Origin: Callorhinchus milii
Taxonomy: Eukaryota
Direction: 5' to 3'
Length of the DNA: 64,000 nucleotides
Assembly: GCF_018977255.1 (NCBI RefSeq)
Contig: NW_024704742.1
Span: forward strand, 95,730,001-95,794,000
Shown: in pieces, positions 13,245 to 26,387 of the stretch
How positions within the stretch are numbered: the stretch's first letter is position 1
How the letters are laid out: each line of letters starts with the position of its first letter
The notes under the pieces: model-generated
What the model was told of the DNA's origin: nothing
The model's database searches: none
The model's input: only the letters and a program-made list of their open reading frames with translations
Made by a program: the position numbers and the translations under genes

Positions 13245-13735
13245 TTCCTGGCCAAGAATCCCCCAAATAAAATTGGTCATTCACTTCATGGCTGTTTGTG
13301 GGACGTTGTTGTGGGCAAATTGTCTGCTGCATTTTTCCACAAAACACACAATCACTGCATTTTATAGTATATTCTGTGAAACAACAACAACGTCCATTCA
13401 TATAGTGCCCTCACATGGGGTAGCATCCAGAGCAGTTGACAGTGATGGAGTCTGGCAGGGCCTGGTGTAATAGGGGTATGGAGTTTTGTGTGGGTGAGTA
13501 TCCAGGCGGCGGAGATTTGGATTAATTAAATTTTGTGTATGGTGCAGCTGGGGAGACCTGAGGAAGGCATTGGAATAGTCCAGCTGGGAATTGATGAAGG
13601 CATGGATAACGGTTTAGGCTGCTTTGGTTGTGAGGTACAGACAGAGGTGGGCAATGGGATGGAGCACTTTGGATGTCCTTCTACCGTAAAAAGGGGCTAT
13701 ACTAAATGTAATGATTGTTATTTTATTATTATTCC
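13245..13735 (+). mobile_element. SINE 3' part interrupted by a minus-strand L2 fragment (~13381-13661)
   Basis: SINE reads ...ATTCTGTGAA|insert starting ACAACAACAAC|AGCACTTTGGATGTCC... Confidence 0.7.
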
Positions 13736-13861
13736 TCTGGAACTGCATTCACTTACAACAAGGTTAATACTGTTCAAATATTAAGATCCCTAAAGTGTGA
13801 GAGCGACTTTCATCCCATCAATCCAGACCAATATACCAAAGGCCAGCATTTCTCATGATCT

Positions 13862-14415
13862 CAACAACAACAACAAAATTACATTTATATAGCGCCTTTC
13901 ATGTCAGGAAGACATCCCAAGGCGCTGGACAGACTTTCAGACCCGAGGGTCGGGGTGGGAGAGGGAGGAGGGCAGCGAGGGAGGAGGGCAGAGGGGGGAG
14001 ATCGAAAGTACGATCGAAGAGGAGGGTCTTGAGATGGGTCTTGAAGATGGCGAGGGAGGGGGTAAGACAGAGGGACTGCGGGATGGAATTCCAGAGGGTG
14101 GGTGCAGAGTAGCGGAAGGCCTGCCCGCCGATAGTGGGGCGAGCAAGGCGGGGGACGTGAACAGGATGGTAGGAGGTTAGGAGGTCGGAGAGGTAAGGAG
14201 GAGCAAGATAATGGGGGGCTTTGAAGGTGAGGACGAGAATCTTGAACTGTATCCTCTGTATAATGGGAAGCCAATGGAGTTGGGCGAGGATGGGGGTGAT
14301 AGGGTCACGGAGCCTAGTGCGGGAGAGGCCTTGGAGGGAGGAGTTGGGGAGGTCGACAAGCAGTGAGTTTGCGTAGTTGAGCCTCGATATAATGAAGGCG
14401 TGTATGAGGATCTCA
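13862..14415 (-). mobile_element. L2 LINE 3' fragment
   Basis: LIHAFIISRLNYAN, HWLPI.QRIQFKIL-like coding remnants, (GTT)n tail. Confidence 0.9.
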
Positions 14416-14981
14416 GTCTTAAGACCATTGTCTCAAAATGTAAGATCACGTAGAATTTTGGAATACACTAAACTGGGTAATGGGCAGCGGGGTGTGGGTG
14501 GGTGGGGGGGGGAGCCTGGTCCAGTGAGCTGGAATTTTCAGCTAAGTATAATTACAATGCCTGCACTCCAATACCATTTACTGGCTTTATTCTGTGCTGG
14601 TACTCGCATTGTATTTGTTTGAATCCTGTAAGTAGAAGATAGTGAATAAGGTAGCTTCTGCTCAGAGATTCAAACTGAATCAAAGCCAATGTTTTCAATT
14701 TTTTAAAATTAAGAATTGAGGAGCTGAATGGCCTACTCCTGTTCTTATGTTCCAACATATATATTTTCCATTTTGGGCCCAGTCTGGTTAGGTCCAAATT
14801 CTGCATACCCGGAGCCAGGTTTAATATACTTAAATTTGGTCTTAATTTGGAAGCCAATCTTTTGACATTATTTTGAAAACTAAAATAATTCTTACTTTTG
14901 ATATTGCACTTTTGATGTCAGAGGATTTCTCAAAGCACTTCACAGGATGTACTCTAAAAGGTAAGAACTGTGTTTTTTTGT

Positions 14982-15292
14982 GGAGTCCTGTAGCTCAGTG
15001 GTTAGAGCACTCACCTTGCAAGCGAGACACCTGGGTTCAATTCCAGGCAGAGTGAAACCTTGGGCAAGTTTCCTTACTCCACACGCCCAATAATAATCCA
15101 AAACAAAACAATAATAAAATGGTCTTTTCAATCCACGACTGTTTGTGGGACACTGCTGTGCGCAATTGGTTGCTGCGATTCGCCCACAAATATATGGTCA
15201 ATTCACTTTACAGTCTATTCTATGAAACGCTTTGAGACGTTGAGAAGACGTGAAAGCGCTATATCAAATGCAAGGATTATTATTATTATTAT
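14982..15292 (+). mobile_element. tRNA-Ala-derived SINE, full length, short subfamily
   Basis: GGAGTCCTGTAGCTCAGTGGTTAGAGC head, GGTTCAATTCC B-box, (ATT)n tail. Confidence 0.95.
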
Positions 15293-16392
15293 CCAAATAG
15301 CAGATTAATTGACCATTAATCTCATTGCTATTTGTGGGATGTTGCTGGTGTAGATTAGTTGGTATATTTGTGGGCAAAACAGTCAGCATGTTTAAAGTAA
15401 TTTTTTATAGGACATTCTGATATGATGGAGCAAAGTCAGGAATTACGGGCTTCCTGACTTTTGTTTTGGGAAAGACTGAGTAGGAGACGATGTGATAAAT
15501 CTTGATTTTAACACACAATTGTGCATGGAGGGTAGAGGAAGATCATGTGTGGCACTTTGAATAACAGGGAGGAGAGTTGGGAAGATCACTGACAATCAGG
15601 ACTGACAATGACACTGATAATAAATAAAGATTGGCAAGAAAGGTTCTGATGGAGAGATTGAAATCAAGCAGTGAAAGGTCACCAGTCAGATGACAAAAGC
15701 CTTTCATGTACACTGTCGGGAAGTACACGTGAGGTGGTAGATTAAGTCACCTCAGTCACATCAAGGTCAGTAAGAGACACTTCTCTGACTAGGTAAAATG
15801 CAAACATTTTTACTAAGGTCAGTGAATTTACCAAAAAACCCTAATCTGCTCCACTGCTCTGCTGGAAATAGTAATCACTGATCCCATTATAAAATTTCTT
15901 GTGCATTCAATCCTCCCTCTGACTGTCCCTGCTCTGACTAGTGTACTTCTGGGAAATTTAAATCTCTAATGATTATCACATTACACTTTCCTAAACTCTC
16001 TTACCTATCCAAAACAGTCCTTTATCTTTGTGTTTGGCTTGAAAGGGGAATTATCGGGGGGAAAAGGGGTCAATAGCAGATGTGAATTCTGGATTTGTTG
16101 CACTTAGTTATTAATTTCTCTCCAGATTGATATCAGTGGTGCTTCTCATGCATAGCATGTACTATAGGACATGGCAGCCCTGGTGACTTGATGTCCTGAA
16201 TGTTGGCCACTTTTGCAGTTTAAAAAATGATATTAATCGATTTGTGGAATTTCACAATAAAACGCAGGATACAATTTTTAAACTTTTTTTAAAATCGACT
16301 TCCACCAGCTCTACTCTTAATGTAGGGAATCTGTGCTATGGTGTTGAGAGGAATGCAGAGGTAGTATGCAAATTGCATAATAACTGCTAAAA

Positions 16393-16990
16393 ACATGCCT
16401 TCATACATGCCTTCATTATATCCAGGCTCGACTATGCCAACGGCTTGCTTGTCGGCCTTCCCAACTCTTCCCTCCACAAGCTGCAGATCATCCAGAACTC
16501 TGCAGCTTGTGCCCTCTCCATGACCCCATCAAACCCTCCCTCGCCCGACTCCACTGGCTCCCCATCCCTCAGAGGATTGAGTTCAAAATTCTCATCCTTA
16601 TCTTCAAGGTCCTCCATGGCCTTGCCCCCTCCTACCTCTCTAACCTCCTTATCAACCTGTCTGCTCAGCAGGCTCCGGGCTGCTCCATGTCCCCCGCCCG
16701 GCCTGCCCCACCATTGGCGGTTGGGCCTTCAGCCTCTGCCCCCACCCTCTGGAACTCCATCCCACATTCCCTTTGCCTCACTCCATCTCTTGCATCTTGC
16801 AAGGCAAGGCTCAAGACCCTCTTCTTCGACCGTGTCTTTCACCACATTCCTACCCTCTCTGCCCTCCACCTTCCCTGATCCCAAACCCCACCCCTCACCC
16901 ACCCCACCTTTTGGGTCTAATCCCTGACTGTTCAGCAGCTTGGGATGTCTTCCCGATGTGAAAGGTGCTTTACAAATGCAATTTTGTATT
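16393..16990 (+). mobile_element. L2 LINE 3' fragment
   Basis: GLPNSSLHKLQIIQNSAA and LARLHWLPIPQRIEFKILILIFKVLHGLAPSYL. Confidence 0.92.
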
Positions 16991-17764
16991 CTATAAAAGC
17001 TTCAATGGTGTCATAATTTTCAACTCCTCTGCCTCAAAGCTTGCACCTATAGTACAGATTAACACATTCTACCTCCAAGAATGGAAAATCTTAACTGAAA
17101 GTTAATTGGAGGTCAAGGTTGACAAACACCTCATAAAATTTGTGAGCTTGTACCAGACCCAATTTTCTGTTTAAACACATAATTCATGTCAGAGCACGGT
17201 TGTTCATTTCCAATATTCATGTCTGTGGGATAGTTCTTTCAACACCTCTGCCTGTCTTTTGCCCTAATTATGTTTGTCTTGATCCATGTGGACAAATCTG
17301 ACATTGTGTTTGCCAGCAAAATACACAGCACTTTACAGTGAAACCTATAACATGCCTTGAGATATACTCCCGACATGAAATGTCAAAGGCTGTATCAAAT
17401 GCAAGGATTGCTATTATTGTTAACTGATCTCAGTTGGACGAATAGTTGGAATACAAGAGTTCACCTGAGCTAGAGAGGGGGGGAAAACAATAACCACATT
17501 CTGCCTCTGATCAGTATGTAGTGACAGCTGCTGGAAAGTTTGCGCACTAGATAAAGTCAGGACCAGTTTGGTCATGGACGGAGCACAACTAGGATTTTGT
17601 TGAAAGCTTCACTAAAATGCACTGATCGCTCAGCCTGACTGTCTTAAAGGCCAAAAAGATAAATCAATGGCTGTGGAGAAAAAGATTGAAGTGTCAATCA
17701 ATCAGAACTGAGCAAGGGTCACACACATGTCTTCCAAATGGATGATTCAGACTATATGCAGTTC

Positions 17765-18349
17765 AGAAACAGAAGTCACTGGGAACACTCAGCAAGTCAG
17801 GCAGCATCTATGGAGAAGGGAAAGTGAGTCAACATTTCGGGTCCATGATCCTTCGTCAGAACTGAGGCTTTTTGAGGGAGAGGCTTTTAAGGGCTAATAG
17901 AGAGGGGAAGGTAGGGCAAGGAAGACACAGGAGAAAATGGGGTAGAGATCAAGGGGTGATGAGTTAAAGAGGTGTCAGTGATGCAAAACAAAGGGTGGGG
18001 GGGGTGGGGAAATTGCAACAAAACAGGAAGACTAGAGAGAGAAAAGGTGTGTCTGGGATCCAGACAACGTGGTAATGGTCAGAGAAAAAGAGAAGGTGAA
18101 CTGTTATGGTCTAAAATTGTTGAAATCAATATTGAGGCCAGAGGGTGGTAAGGTCCCTAGCAGATAGATGAAGTGATGTTCCTCGAGCTTGCGCTGTGGT
18201 TCATTGGAACAGCGTAGGAGACCACGGATGGAGAGGTCAGAGAGTGCATGGGAAGGAAAGTTGAAGTGGCAAGAAACCAGAAGCTCAGGGTTGTGCTTGC
18301 GGACAGAACGGAGGTGTTCGGCAAATTGGTCGTCCAATGTCCGTTTCGT
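17765..18349 (-). mobile_element. Penelope-like element 3' end (GIY-YIG endonuclease C-terminus plus terminal repeat)
   Basis: TKRTLDDQFAEHLRSV...HFN...RKLEEHHFIYLLGTLPPSGLN is typical of the PLE GIY-YIG domain; stop at 18104; downstream terminal sequence is homologous to 47720-47812. Confidence 0.9.
17826..17864 (-). ncRNA. Minimal type-I hammerhead ribozyme motif
   Basis: Minus strand AGUU-CUGACGA-A-GGAUC(AUG)GACCC-GAAA-UG-UU-GACU: intact cores, stem I AGUU/GACU, stem II with one mismatch. Confidence 0.7.
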
Positions 18350-18418
18350 ATTTTGCGTTTTGTATATGCAGTGCAGGTGCCTTTTTGAAGCGGAGAAATC
18401 TCTTCTTCCCTTTCCCAC

Positions 18419-18437
18419 GTGCACAAGATGGCAGCAC
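18419..18437 (+). promoter_or_regulatory. CTCF/YY1-like motif
   Basis: GCACAAGATGGCAGCAC resembles the CTCF core CCASYAGRKGGCRS and YY1 CAAGATGGCGGC; motif match only. Confidence 0.3.
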
Positions 18438-20212
18438 ATCTCCAGACATGGAGTATCTGTGCCACAGTCCTGATGAATTGGTGACATCGCTGCAGTTTGA
18501 AATCAGCAAGAGCAGTCCCACTTGTGCAGAACATTCTTTCCCAGAATCTGCTCCTCTCCTGCTGAAATATCAGACATCAGTTGGACCGTGTACTTGAAGA
18601 AATATACCTACAGATACTGAGATGAGATGATGAGACAAAAAGTGGGAAGATTACCCAAATTCTACTTGTGCTGCAATGAATTTCAAAAGTTAAAGTCATA
18701 AGATCAAAACAATAAAAGCATTTTGATGGTGCTCCGCTAAATATGTATGTCTGCACAAATGATACATCTTCTATACTAATAAAACAACAATGTCTGGCGG
18801 TTTGCGCTTCAAGTAGGATCTCAATAACCGATTGACCTAAAGTCATGATTTATACCTCATCGGAAAGGACTTGCAACTGGAAGTGACATGGGCATATTTG
18901 TTTTCGGTTACCTCTGATTGTTCATGAATTTTTGCCTAAAATGTATTTCAGTTTTATGTTTTTCACTGCAGTTACACCTGGTGGCTTTGCAGGCTGACCG
19001 TGGCGCTATAGCATCCTGTGTCACAGAGCATGCATGTAGCCAAGTGGTGGTGGGAACAAAATAAAAAACACAGATTAAACTAAACTGCGTCAACAACAAC
19101 AAAATTACATTTTTAAGGTGCCTTTCACATTGGGAGGATGTCCCAGTGATTCTAAATTATATATTTATATTTACCATCATAAAGATGCTTAGGCGAAAAT
19201 CAAACCTTTCAAGGATAAGTAAAAACGCTAGACAAAAGAGAGAAGCCCATTAAATGAAACTGAAGATCAAAGAACAGCGCGGCTGCATTTCAATGCTGAA
19301 AGGACTGCAGCAGTGCTCCAAAATTAGTTGCCCACTCAAACAATAGCACGGCTAAAATGAGTCCTCCCACAGGAGTCCTCCCAGATGAGTATATCTAAAT
19401 TATAGTCTGCTGTGTATCTGTCTATGTGTCAATCTACATTCCATGTTGGATCTGTTGGTTGCAAATGTAGCTGCAATGGGTACAGCTAGTTTAAAGTAAA
19501 ATCTACCCACATGAACTACAACCCAGCAACCGGAGACTGTGAGAGTTCAGTTTAGTTCTGGCTTTCTTCCAGTCTGCAAATTTTTAATATTCAGTATATT
19601 TAGCTTTTACATGCCTGCAATTTAGCTAAAAAAATACCTTTGCCACGATTGTGTAATGGGTATAAAAATAATCATCAAGCTATAATCTGGGTGGTATGAT
19701 ACTAAACCTCCTGTAAGTGCCACAGAGAGGAAACAGTTCAATAACAACTCTGCAGTATTTTTAGAGGGATACCTCCTGAGCAGTACAGATCACATGCTGT
19801 TCCAGGCATGTTTTCTATGGCAGTGAAGTAGAATAAAATGTCAATGTTAAAAGGTTTAATTAATCAATAAGCCCTGGTGTCTGGAGACCCCCCAGTGATA
19901 AAATAAATACAGAGGCAAAAGAATTCTTTCCAAATTCAATCCCTAGACGCCATGGCTTGTTGCTGCTGTACTTTTGTCAGGCTATTAATCCAGATAAACA
20001 ATAAAAATGTAACAACCTCAAAGAAATCTTTGATGTATGCGTTAGTAACTAACATTTCTCTGAAGTGTGTCCCTTACTTTTTCGTATCTTGGGCACGATG
20101 GCTGATTAACTCAGCGAGCTTTGTGATGTGAGAATCATTACAGTGATCGCTATTATTGTTGATATGTAATCTGGGGCAAAAAATTAATCCAAAACAGTCC
20201 ATTATGATAATA

Positions 20213-20630
20213 TAATAATAATCTTTGCATTTTATATACCGTCCTTCACTTCAGGAGGTCTCCCAAATCGCTTCACAGGATATACTGTAAAATGGAGTGA
20301 CTGTGTGTTTTATGGGTGAATGTGGCAGCCGATTTGCACACGGAAAGGTCCCGCAAAGCCAAGGAGTGAGTGATAGATTTATTTGGGGGATTGTTGCCTA
20401 GGACACGGGGAGAAACTCCCTAAACTTTTCGAATAATACCATGGGATCTCTATTGCCCACCTAACAAGCAGTTTAATGTCTCATCTGACAGACGACATTC
20501 CGACAAGTACATATCCCAGGACTGCAGTGGAGTGTCAGCTTAGACTATATGAGTTCCAAGTCCTGAAGTGGGGTTTCAATCCACAACCTTCTGATTCAGA
20601 GTGCTTTCAATTGAGCCAGCCTGACACACA
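20213..20630 (-). mobile_element. Deu-domain SINE, near full length
   Basis: Tail, CCATGGGATCT, GGAGTGTCAGC, ACAACCTTCTGATTCAGAG head. Confidence 0.8.
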
Positions 20631-20789
20631 AACTCCAGAGGGACAGGAATCTCCTCCCCCACTTAGAACATTTTTATTTTGGTGATTGCAGAACACAGCT
20701 CCATTGCAGAACACAGCTGTGGAGTACTGCATTTCAGTGCTGCTTCCATGTAAGTGTCACATTAACAAATCATGGCTATCAGCCTGACA

Positions 20790-21492
20790 CACCTAGACCC
20801 CCAGCCGACCTTTCTCCCCCACATCCAGTCCCTGACCAGGACCGCCTTCTTCCACCTCCACCACATTGCCCACCTCCAACCATACCTTACCCCAAATGCA
20901 GCCGAAACCCTCGTGCGTGTGTTTGTAATCCCGCTTGGATTACTCCAATGCACTCCTGGCCAGTCTCCCCAGCTCCACCATACAAAACATGCGGTTCATT
21001 CAAAACTTTGACATCCGCATACTGGCCTGGACCAAACTCTGTACCCACATCTCACCAGTTCTGGCCAGGTTCCACTGGCTCCCCATCACTGAACAGATTG
21101 ACTTCAAGATCCTCATACTCATGTTCAAATCAAGTATTCACTCCCTGGCACCTCCTTATTTCTCCGACCTCCTCACTCCCCAATCCACCACCCGGCACCT
21201 CCACTTGACTGGCACCGGCCTCCTGCTTGTCCCTCACACCCTCTGCCTCACTATCGGAGGTCGCTCTTTTAGCCACTACATCCCCAAACTCTGGAATACT
21301 GTCCCTCAATCCCTCTGCCTTGCCCCCTCTCTCCCCTCTTTCAAGTCCCGCCTGAAAACTTTTCTCTTCGACTGTGCTTCCAGCCACCTCCCCCATCCCC
21401 CCCCCCGGCTTGGAGTCAGGATCCACTACTGTTATGTGCTCTGAGATGATACCCTGAGTGGAGGGCGCTATATAAGTGCAAGTTGTTGTTGT
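20790..21492 (+). mobile_element. L2 LINE 3' fragment
   Basis: LDYSNALLASLP...HWLPITEQIDFKIL...GGRSFSHYIPKLWN; (GTT)n tail. Confidence 0.93.
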
Positions 21493-21589
21493 ATCACTCC
21501 AGAATGTTTACATCACAAAGGACGGCCAATCGCCCTTCAGGGTTGAGCTACAGTTATCCCAGCAAAGCCAAAGCCCAAACGGGTAGGTT

Positions 21590-21890
21590 GGTCTTACCTG
21601 GACACTCAATGGGAAGCTTGCCAGACAATGCTCTCAATTGCAAACTATGCGGATTTAGCTTATTAAACTCCAGTAGTTTCCCAACTCACACTGTAGGGTC
21701 CCCAACTGATTACTCTCCAGAATTATGTCAGCAGGCGCGTCCCTCCAGGGAGAGAGTGCACATTCCATTCCAGACACAAGGAGATTGCCACGTTTAGGTG
21801 GCATTCATAGACAGAACTCTCAGCCTGGTTTCGATATTCTTGGTTTGGGGATAGGCCTGTGCATGTGTCAGACACTTGGCTAGCCAAAAA
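21590..21890 (-). repeat. Unnamed repeat family X, copy 2
   Basis: Reverse complement contains GTGTCTGACACATGCA...TGTGTCTGGAATGGAATG...GAGCATTGTCTGGCAAGC. Confidence 0.85.
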
Positions 21891-21891
21891 A

Positions 21892-22400
21892 TGCATCCGT
21901 GTTGGTGCTCAATCCATATTTAGTCTAATCCCAATTTCTTGCTTTTTCACCGTATACTTCAATAGTATTTTTTCTTCATTATTTGTCAAATTCTCTTTTC
22001 AATACTGTTATGGATTTGGCTGCTATAACTATTTGTAGTAAGCATAACTTGCAATCAAAAAATGATGGGTTGAAAAAAGTATGTTTCACCAGATCACAAG
22101 ATTGGTCAATCTGATCCCATCCCACTTACTATCACAGCTTCAAGCATTTGTAAAACAAGTCCAGTGTTCTGGCCTTAGACACCCTTTCTGGCAATGTATT
22201 CGAGTGATTAATTACCCATGAGATAAAGTAAAACCTGGGTCTTTATGTTGCTGCATGCAGTACTCTAGATGTGGCCTCTCCAGAGCACTCTATAGCTTGA
22301 GTATGACATCTTAGGTTCTAAACTCAACAATATAGATCAGTATCCTGTTTGCCTTGTTTATTGCCTCCTCATGCTGTTTTGGTAAAGTGAGTGACAAACT
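21892..22400 (-). mobile_element. Old CR1 LINE fragments
   Basis: CAGTACTCTAGATGTGGCCT is the reverse complement of the RPHLEYC motif; CR1-like 3' UTR. Confidence 0.6.
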
Positions 22401-22514
22401 CTCACAGTGTCTTTGCTACAGACCTCTCCTCCCAAGTCTCAAGAAACTCATAAAGTAAATGAGATGCAGGAACCAAGCAGGGAGAAATTCCTGCCCCTAG
22501 TCTATCCCTTCACT

Positions 22515-22690
22515 TCCTGCTGATGAGCCAGGCTGGCTGCTCTGACATCAGAGGTGCCTTGGAGTACAGTAAAACCCTCTGACTCAGGAACTGGACTACA
22601 GAGACTGCCATAAAGAGTCGGCTCGATTCCGACATTCTGTTGCCAAGCACATCACCTTGGCGGCAGCTCAGCCCCAAGGAGACCCTGCTT
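22515..22690 (-). repeat. Unnamed repeat family Y (LF-SINE-like motif), copy 1
   Basis: Similar to 45640-45810 (same orientation) and 51370-51510 (opposite). Confidence 0.75.
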
Positions 22691-23214
22691 GATCACAATA
22701 TGAGCCAGAGTCATTCTAATGTATGTCCAGCTGCTGTAGAAACCACCCTGAATAGTAACTGTGGGTGGATTGTAATACCAGTGAGAACAGCTGCTGGCAT
22801 TGGAGGAGTGTTTCGGGAGGTTCCCAATAGAAATGCAGCATCAAATTCACTTTTAATAAGACAGTTACCAGGGCTGCTTAATTAGTTTGGAGCTCGGCTT
22901 CTCTGCTGGCTAGCTAACAGAAATTGAATAATGAGGTGTTAAATAGACACGTTTAGATGAACAATTAGTAGATTAGCATTTGTAAAGATAAAAATAAAGT
23001 CAGTAATCTGCTGCATAAATGGAGTGCATAGCTACACGTTTGAATCAGTAAATCAAACTCCTCTCCACCACGTCTTCATTTATCACTTCCTCACGCCTGC
23101 TCTTTCCAACCTATTTTCCAAACTTTGGTGTCCTGCATTTTTGTTTGACTCTTCACCTCAGCTTCTTTTAAAAAATTATGGGTTGGGGGTGGGGTGTTGG
23201 GTATAGGACACAGT

Positions 23215-23362
23215 CAATTCACTGCTGTGTGCAATTGACTGCCATGTTTTGCCCACAAAATACATAGTCAATCCACTTTACAGTATATTTTGTGAAGTGC
23301 TTTGAGACGTCTCAAAGACATGATAAGGCACTATATAAAATACAACGATTGTTATTATTGAT
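23215..23362 (+). mobile_element. SINE 3' tail fragment
   Basis: TGCTGTGTGCAATTG...CTTTACAGTAT...GATTGTTATTATT. Confidence 0.85.
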
Positions 23363-23549
23363 GTGGAAAAAGAGTGGTGGCATGAAAAGGGAAATGCTGG
23401 AAATCTGAAATAAAACTCAGTAAATTCTAGAAATGTGCACCAAGTTGATCGTGGAAAGGGAATCCAAGATTTCAGATGAGAGCTTTCATCAAAACTGTAA
23501 CTTTTGGGCTGTAGAAACCCCATTACATGCTAAAGAAACCTATGCTATC

Positions 23550-23700
23550 TTCTCTGGGTCTCCCACCCTCTCCATCCACCATCGGTGGCCGAGCCTTCAG
23601 ATCCTGTGCCTGTAACCTCTGGAACTTCCTCCTTCTACTCTTCCATCTCACCTCCTCTCCATCTGTCTTCAAGTGCTGCCTTAAAACCTACCTCTTCATT
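23550..23700 (+). mobile_element. L2 fragment
   Basis: STIGGRAFRSCACNLWN...FKCCLKTYLF. Confidence 0.75.
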
Positions 23701-24584
23701 ATGCCTCGTTGGTCTCCTCTGCACTCCTCTGGGGCCTGGGCAGCCAGCCTTCTTAATGTCACTGTGACCAAAACTGTGACTGAGATTCAACTGACCCAAA
23801 ACATTTGATTCATTGTTCATTGCTGGAGTCCCAGCCAAAAATAGGTCACTGTTCCTCTATAGACCCATTCATTATAAATGAAATGTATATTTTGCCAAGG
23901 CTATTAAAGTAGAAAACTGTACTCTGTTCAGGATTGTAAAACTATGTTTCGATACCATAAGGCTGAGCTCCTTACAGTGCTTCTGTTTGCTTCCTCATAG
24001 GCTTTCTCCTAACCAAACTCACTGTGTGTTGCTAACATTTGGAAGATGTCTTTCTGCTGGGTGTAATGGTCCATGCTACTCACTCACACTCTTTGGGTTT
24101 GGCTTCAGACCACTAACAACAAGTGGTCTTACTGTATATTATACAGGAAAAGAAGGCTTTTTTTCCCTCAAACAAACCACAAGTGAGTCATTTGCAACCT
24201 AATATAGTTGTGGAATGGTCTCAGTCTCTATTAAAGAGCCCATTAAAGAAAAACTGGATTCCTACACTAGGTATTTTACAGTTCCATTGGCAAAGATATC
24301 ATGTAGTCCAAACATTATTCAGAATAACATAAATCTTTTAAAATTCCAATGTGACGTTTATTTCCATCTTTTCCCATTCAATAATAGTAAATAAATAATC
24401 TTTGCCTTGAATATAATACCTGTAATGTAAGGAAGTCTTCAAAGTGATTCACAGTTCATTTTGTGTACAGTCATGGTATCCTTAATCGTCTCTTTGACAG
24501 TCAAATACGAGTTCAGTTAGTAGAGGTACAATGCAATGTAATGGGAATTCTTGTTGTAATGTAAATATTGTAGAGCTACGTTAC

Positions 24585-24862
24585 AAAAATGTATATAGAG
24601 CTGCATCTGAGGAGGGAGGAGTGTAGTGCAATGTAGGTAATGTATATAGAACTGTGATACAATGTATATAGAATCACAATACAATGTTTATAGAGATGAG
24701 ACAAAGTGTATATACACGGCTGTGATTCAATATATAGAGAGGTGTATTACAACACAACATCTCAACAACAGGAAAGGAGCTATGTCAAATGCAAGGATTA
24801 TTATTATAAATAAATATATGATACAATGTATATATAGAGCTGTGATACAATGTATATACATT
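24585..24862. repeat. ~22-bp minisatellite (AATGTATATAGAGCTGTGATAC)n, interrupted
   Basis: At least 7 imperfect units; further units at ~25880-25935. Confidence 0.85.
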
Positions 24863-24872
24863 TCATAGATTT

Positions 24873-25285
24873 AACAACAATAAATTGCATTTATATAGTG
24901 TCTTTCACAACGGGAAGATATCCGAAGATGATGGACAGTTAAGGGTTTGCACCAAAGCTGGAAAATGGATTTGGGAGGGGTGGGGGCCAAGGGCGGTGGG
25001 GTGGAGGTGGGAGTGGAAAGATGACTGAAGATGCAGTCAAAGAGGAAGGTCTTGAGATAGATCTTAAAGGGAAGGCCTGACTATTAATGGTGTGTGGCAG
25101 GCAAAGTGGGGGCCAGTGCCTGCTGAGTGGAGGGAGCGGGCAGGTTGGTAGATTTTTAAGTCACAGAGGAAGGGTGGGGCAAAACCATAGAAGGATTTAA
25201 AAGTGAGGATGAGGATCTTGATCCCCTGCGGGGTGGGGAGCCAGTGGACCTGGGTGAGGATGGGTGATAGATTCCCAGAGCATGG
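24873..25285 (-). mobile_element. L2 LINE 3' fragment
   Basis: HWLPTPQGIKILILTFKSFYGFAPPFL; tail. Confidence 0.85.
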
Positions 25286-25289
25286 TGTG

Positions 25290-25512
25290 AAATGTACATA
25301 AACTATATCGCATGGAAACAGGTCATTCGGCCAAACCCAGTCCAATGCCAGTGTTTACACTCCACATGTCTCTTTCTATTTCTTTCTCTCTTCCATAGCC
25401 GTCTATTGCCTTCTCTCCCATGTGCATATCTAGTTTCCTCTTAAATGCATCTATACTATCTGCTTCAACCACGACTTTGGACATCGAGTTCCACATTCTC
25501 ACTATCCCTCTT
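25290..25512 (-). mobile_element. CR1 LINE 3' end (continues ~25830-25880)
   Basis: GGCCGAATGACCTGTTTCC tail; GAGAATGTGGAACTC (R.WN.L) motif. Confidence 0.75.
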
Positions 25513-25829
25513 TATAATAATAATAATAATCCTTGCATTTGATATAGCGCTTTTCACATCGGGAGGACATCCCAAAGCGCTTCACAGAACACACTGTAAA
25601 GTGAATTGACTGTATATTTGTGGGCGAACGCGGCAGCCAATTGCGCACAGCAATGTCCCACAAACAGTCGTAGATTGAAAATGACCAATTTATTATTGTT
25701 TTGGTTTTGGAGGGATTATTATTAGGCGTGTGGAGTAAGGAAACTTGCCCAAGGTTTCGCCCTGCCTGGAATTGAACTCAGGTCTCCCGCTTGCAAAGCG
25801 AGTGCTCTAACCACTGAGCTACAGGACTC
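25513..25829 (-). mobile_element. tRNA-Ala SINE, full length, short subfamily
   Basis: Near identical to 28391-28716 and 60399-60720; CTCTTT repeated at both ends (TSD-like). Confidence 0.95.
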
Positions 25830-26387
25830 TTTGTGAAATTGTTCCTCCTAAGTCCTTTTTTAGTCACCATCTTTATTATATCTAGAGCTGAATTGCAATG
25901 TATATACAGCAGTGATACAGTGTATGTGTGTAGCTGTATGTTAAATGAGGACATTGAGGACAGTTAGACAAACCACCTAGGCTCACACAACTATCATAAA
26001 TGAAAAATTGTCACTTTGCAAGGTAACAAAGGACAATCTGTCATCACTGAACTGTTCCCAATTAGAAGGGAAATGAGGAGTCTAATTAACTTGAGGAGAG
26101 GAAGAGAGGAAACTAGAAATGATTGGTGGTGACGAGAACAAACATTTGGAATTGTCTTTGCTTTCCAGAATGGCCTAAAAGTAATTGCAGATTTGACTGT
26201 AGCAAGGACTTGAGGTGGTGAAGACAAATTTGATAGTCGGGAGTGAGACTGGTTCTATGCTAACTTGCTTAATTCCTTGCATTGTGTTTTAGCCTTTAGC
26301 TCTCAAATCTTGCAAAGGTGGCTATTGGACCAATGGATTTAGGAAACTGTCCAAGATTTGGTGAGATACAAGGCACTGGGAGGTGAA

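Noticed and set aside
15433..15462. 11-bp-stem hairpin AAAGTCAGGAA/TTCCTGACTTT (terminator-like)
   Set aside because: Isolated; intrinsic terminators are not meaningful in this context
22520..22600. Hammerhead ribozyme in family Y (CTGATGAGCCAGG...)
   Set aside because: The stem closes on UCAGGAA rather than GAAA, and no stem I/III is evident
23385..23500. Further Penelope terminal-repeat relic
   Set aside because: Too decayed to call confidently; ribozyme cores lost
24585..24862. CRISPR-like array
   Set aside because: Contiguous degenerate tandem units without unique spacers; eukaryotic context, no cas genes
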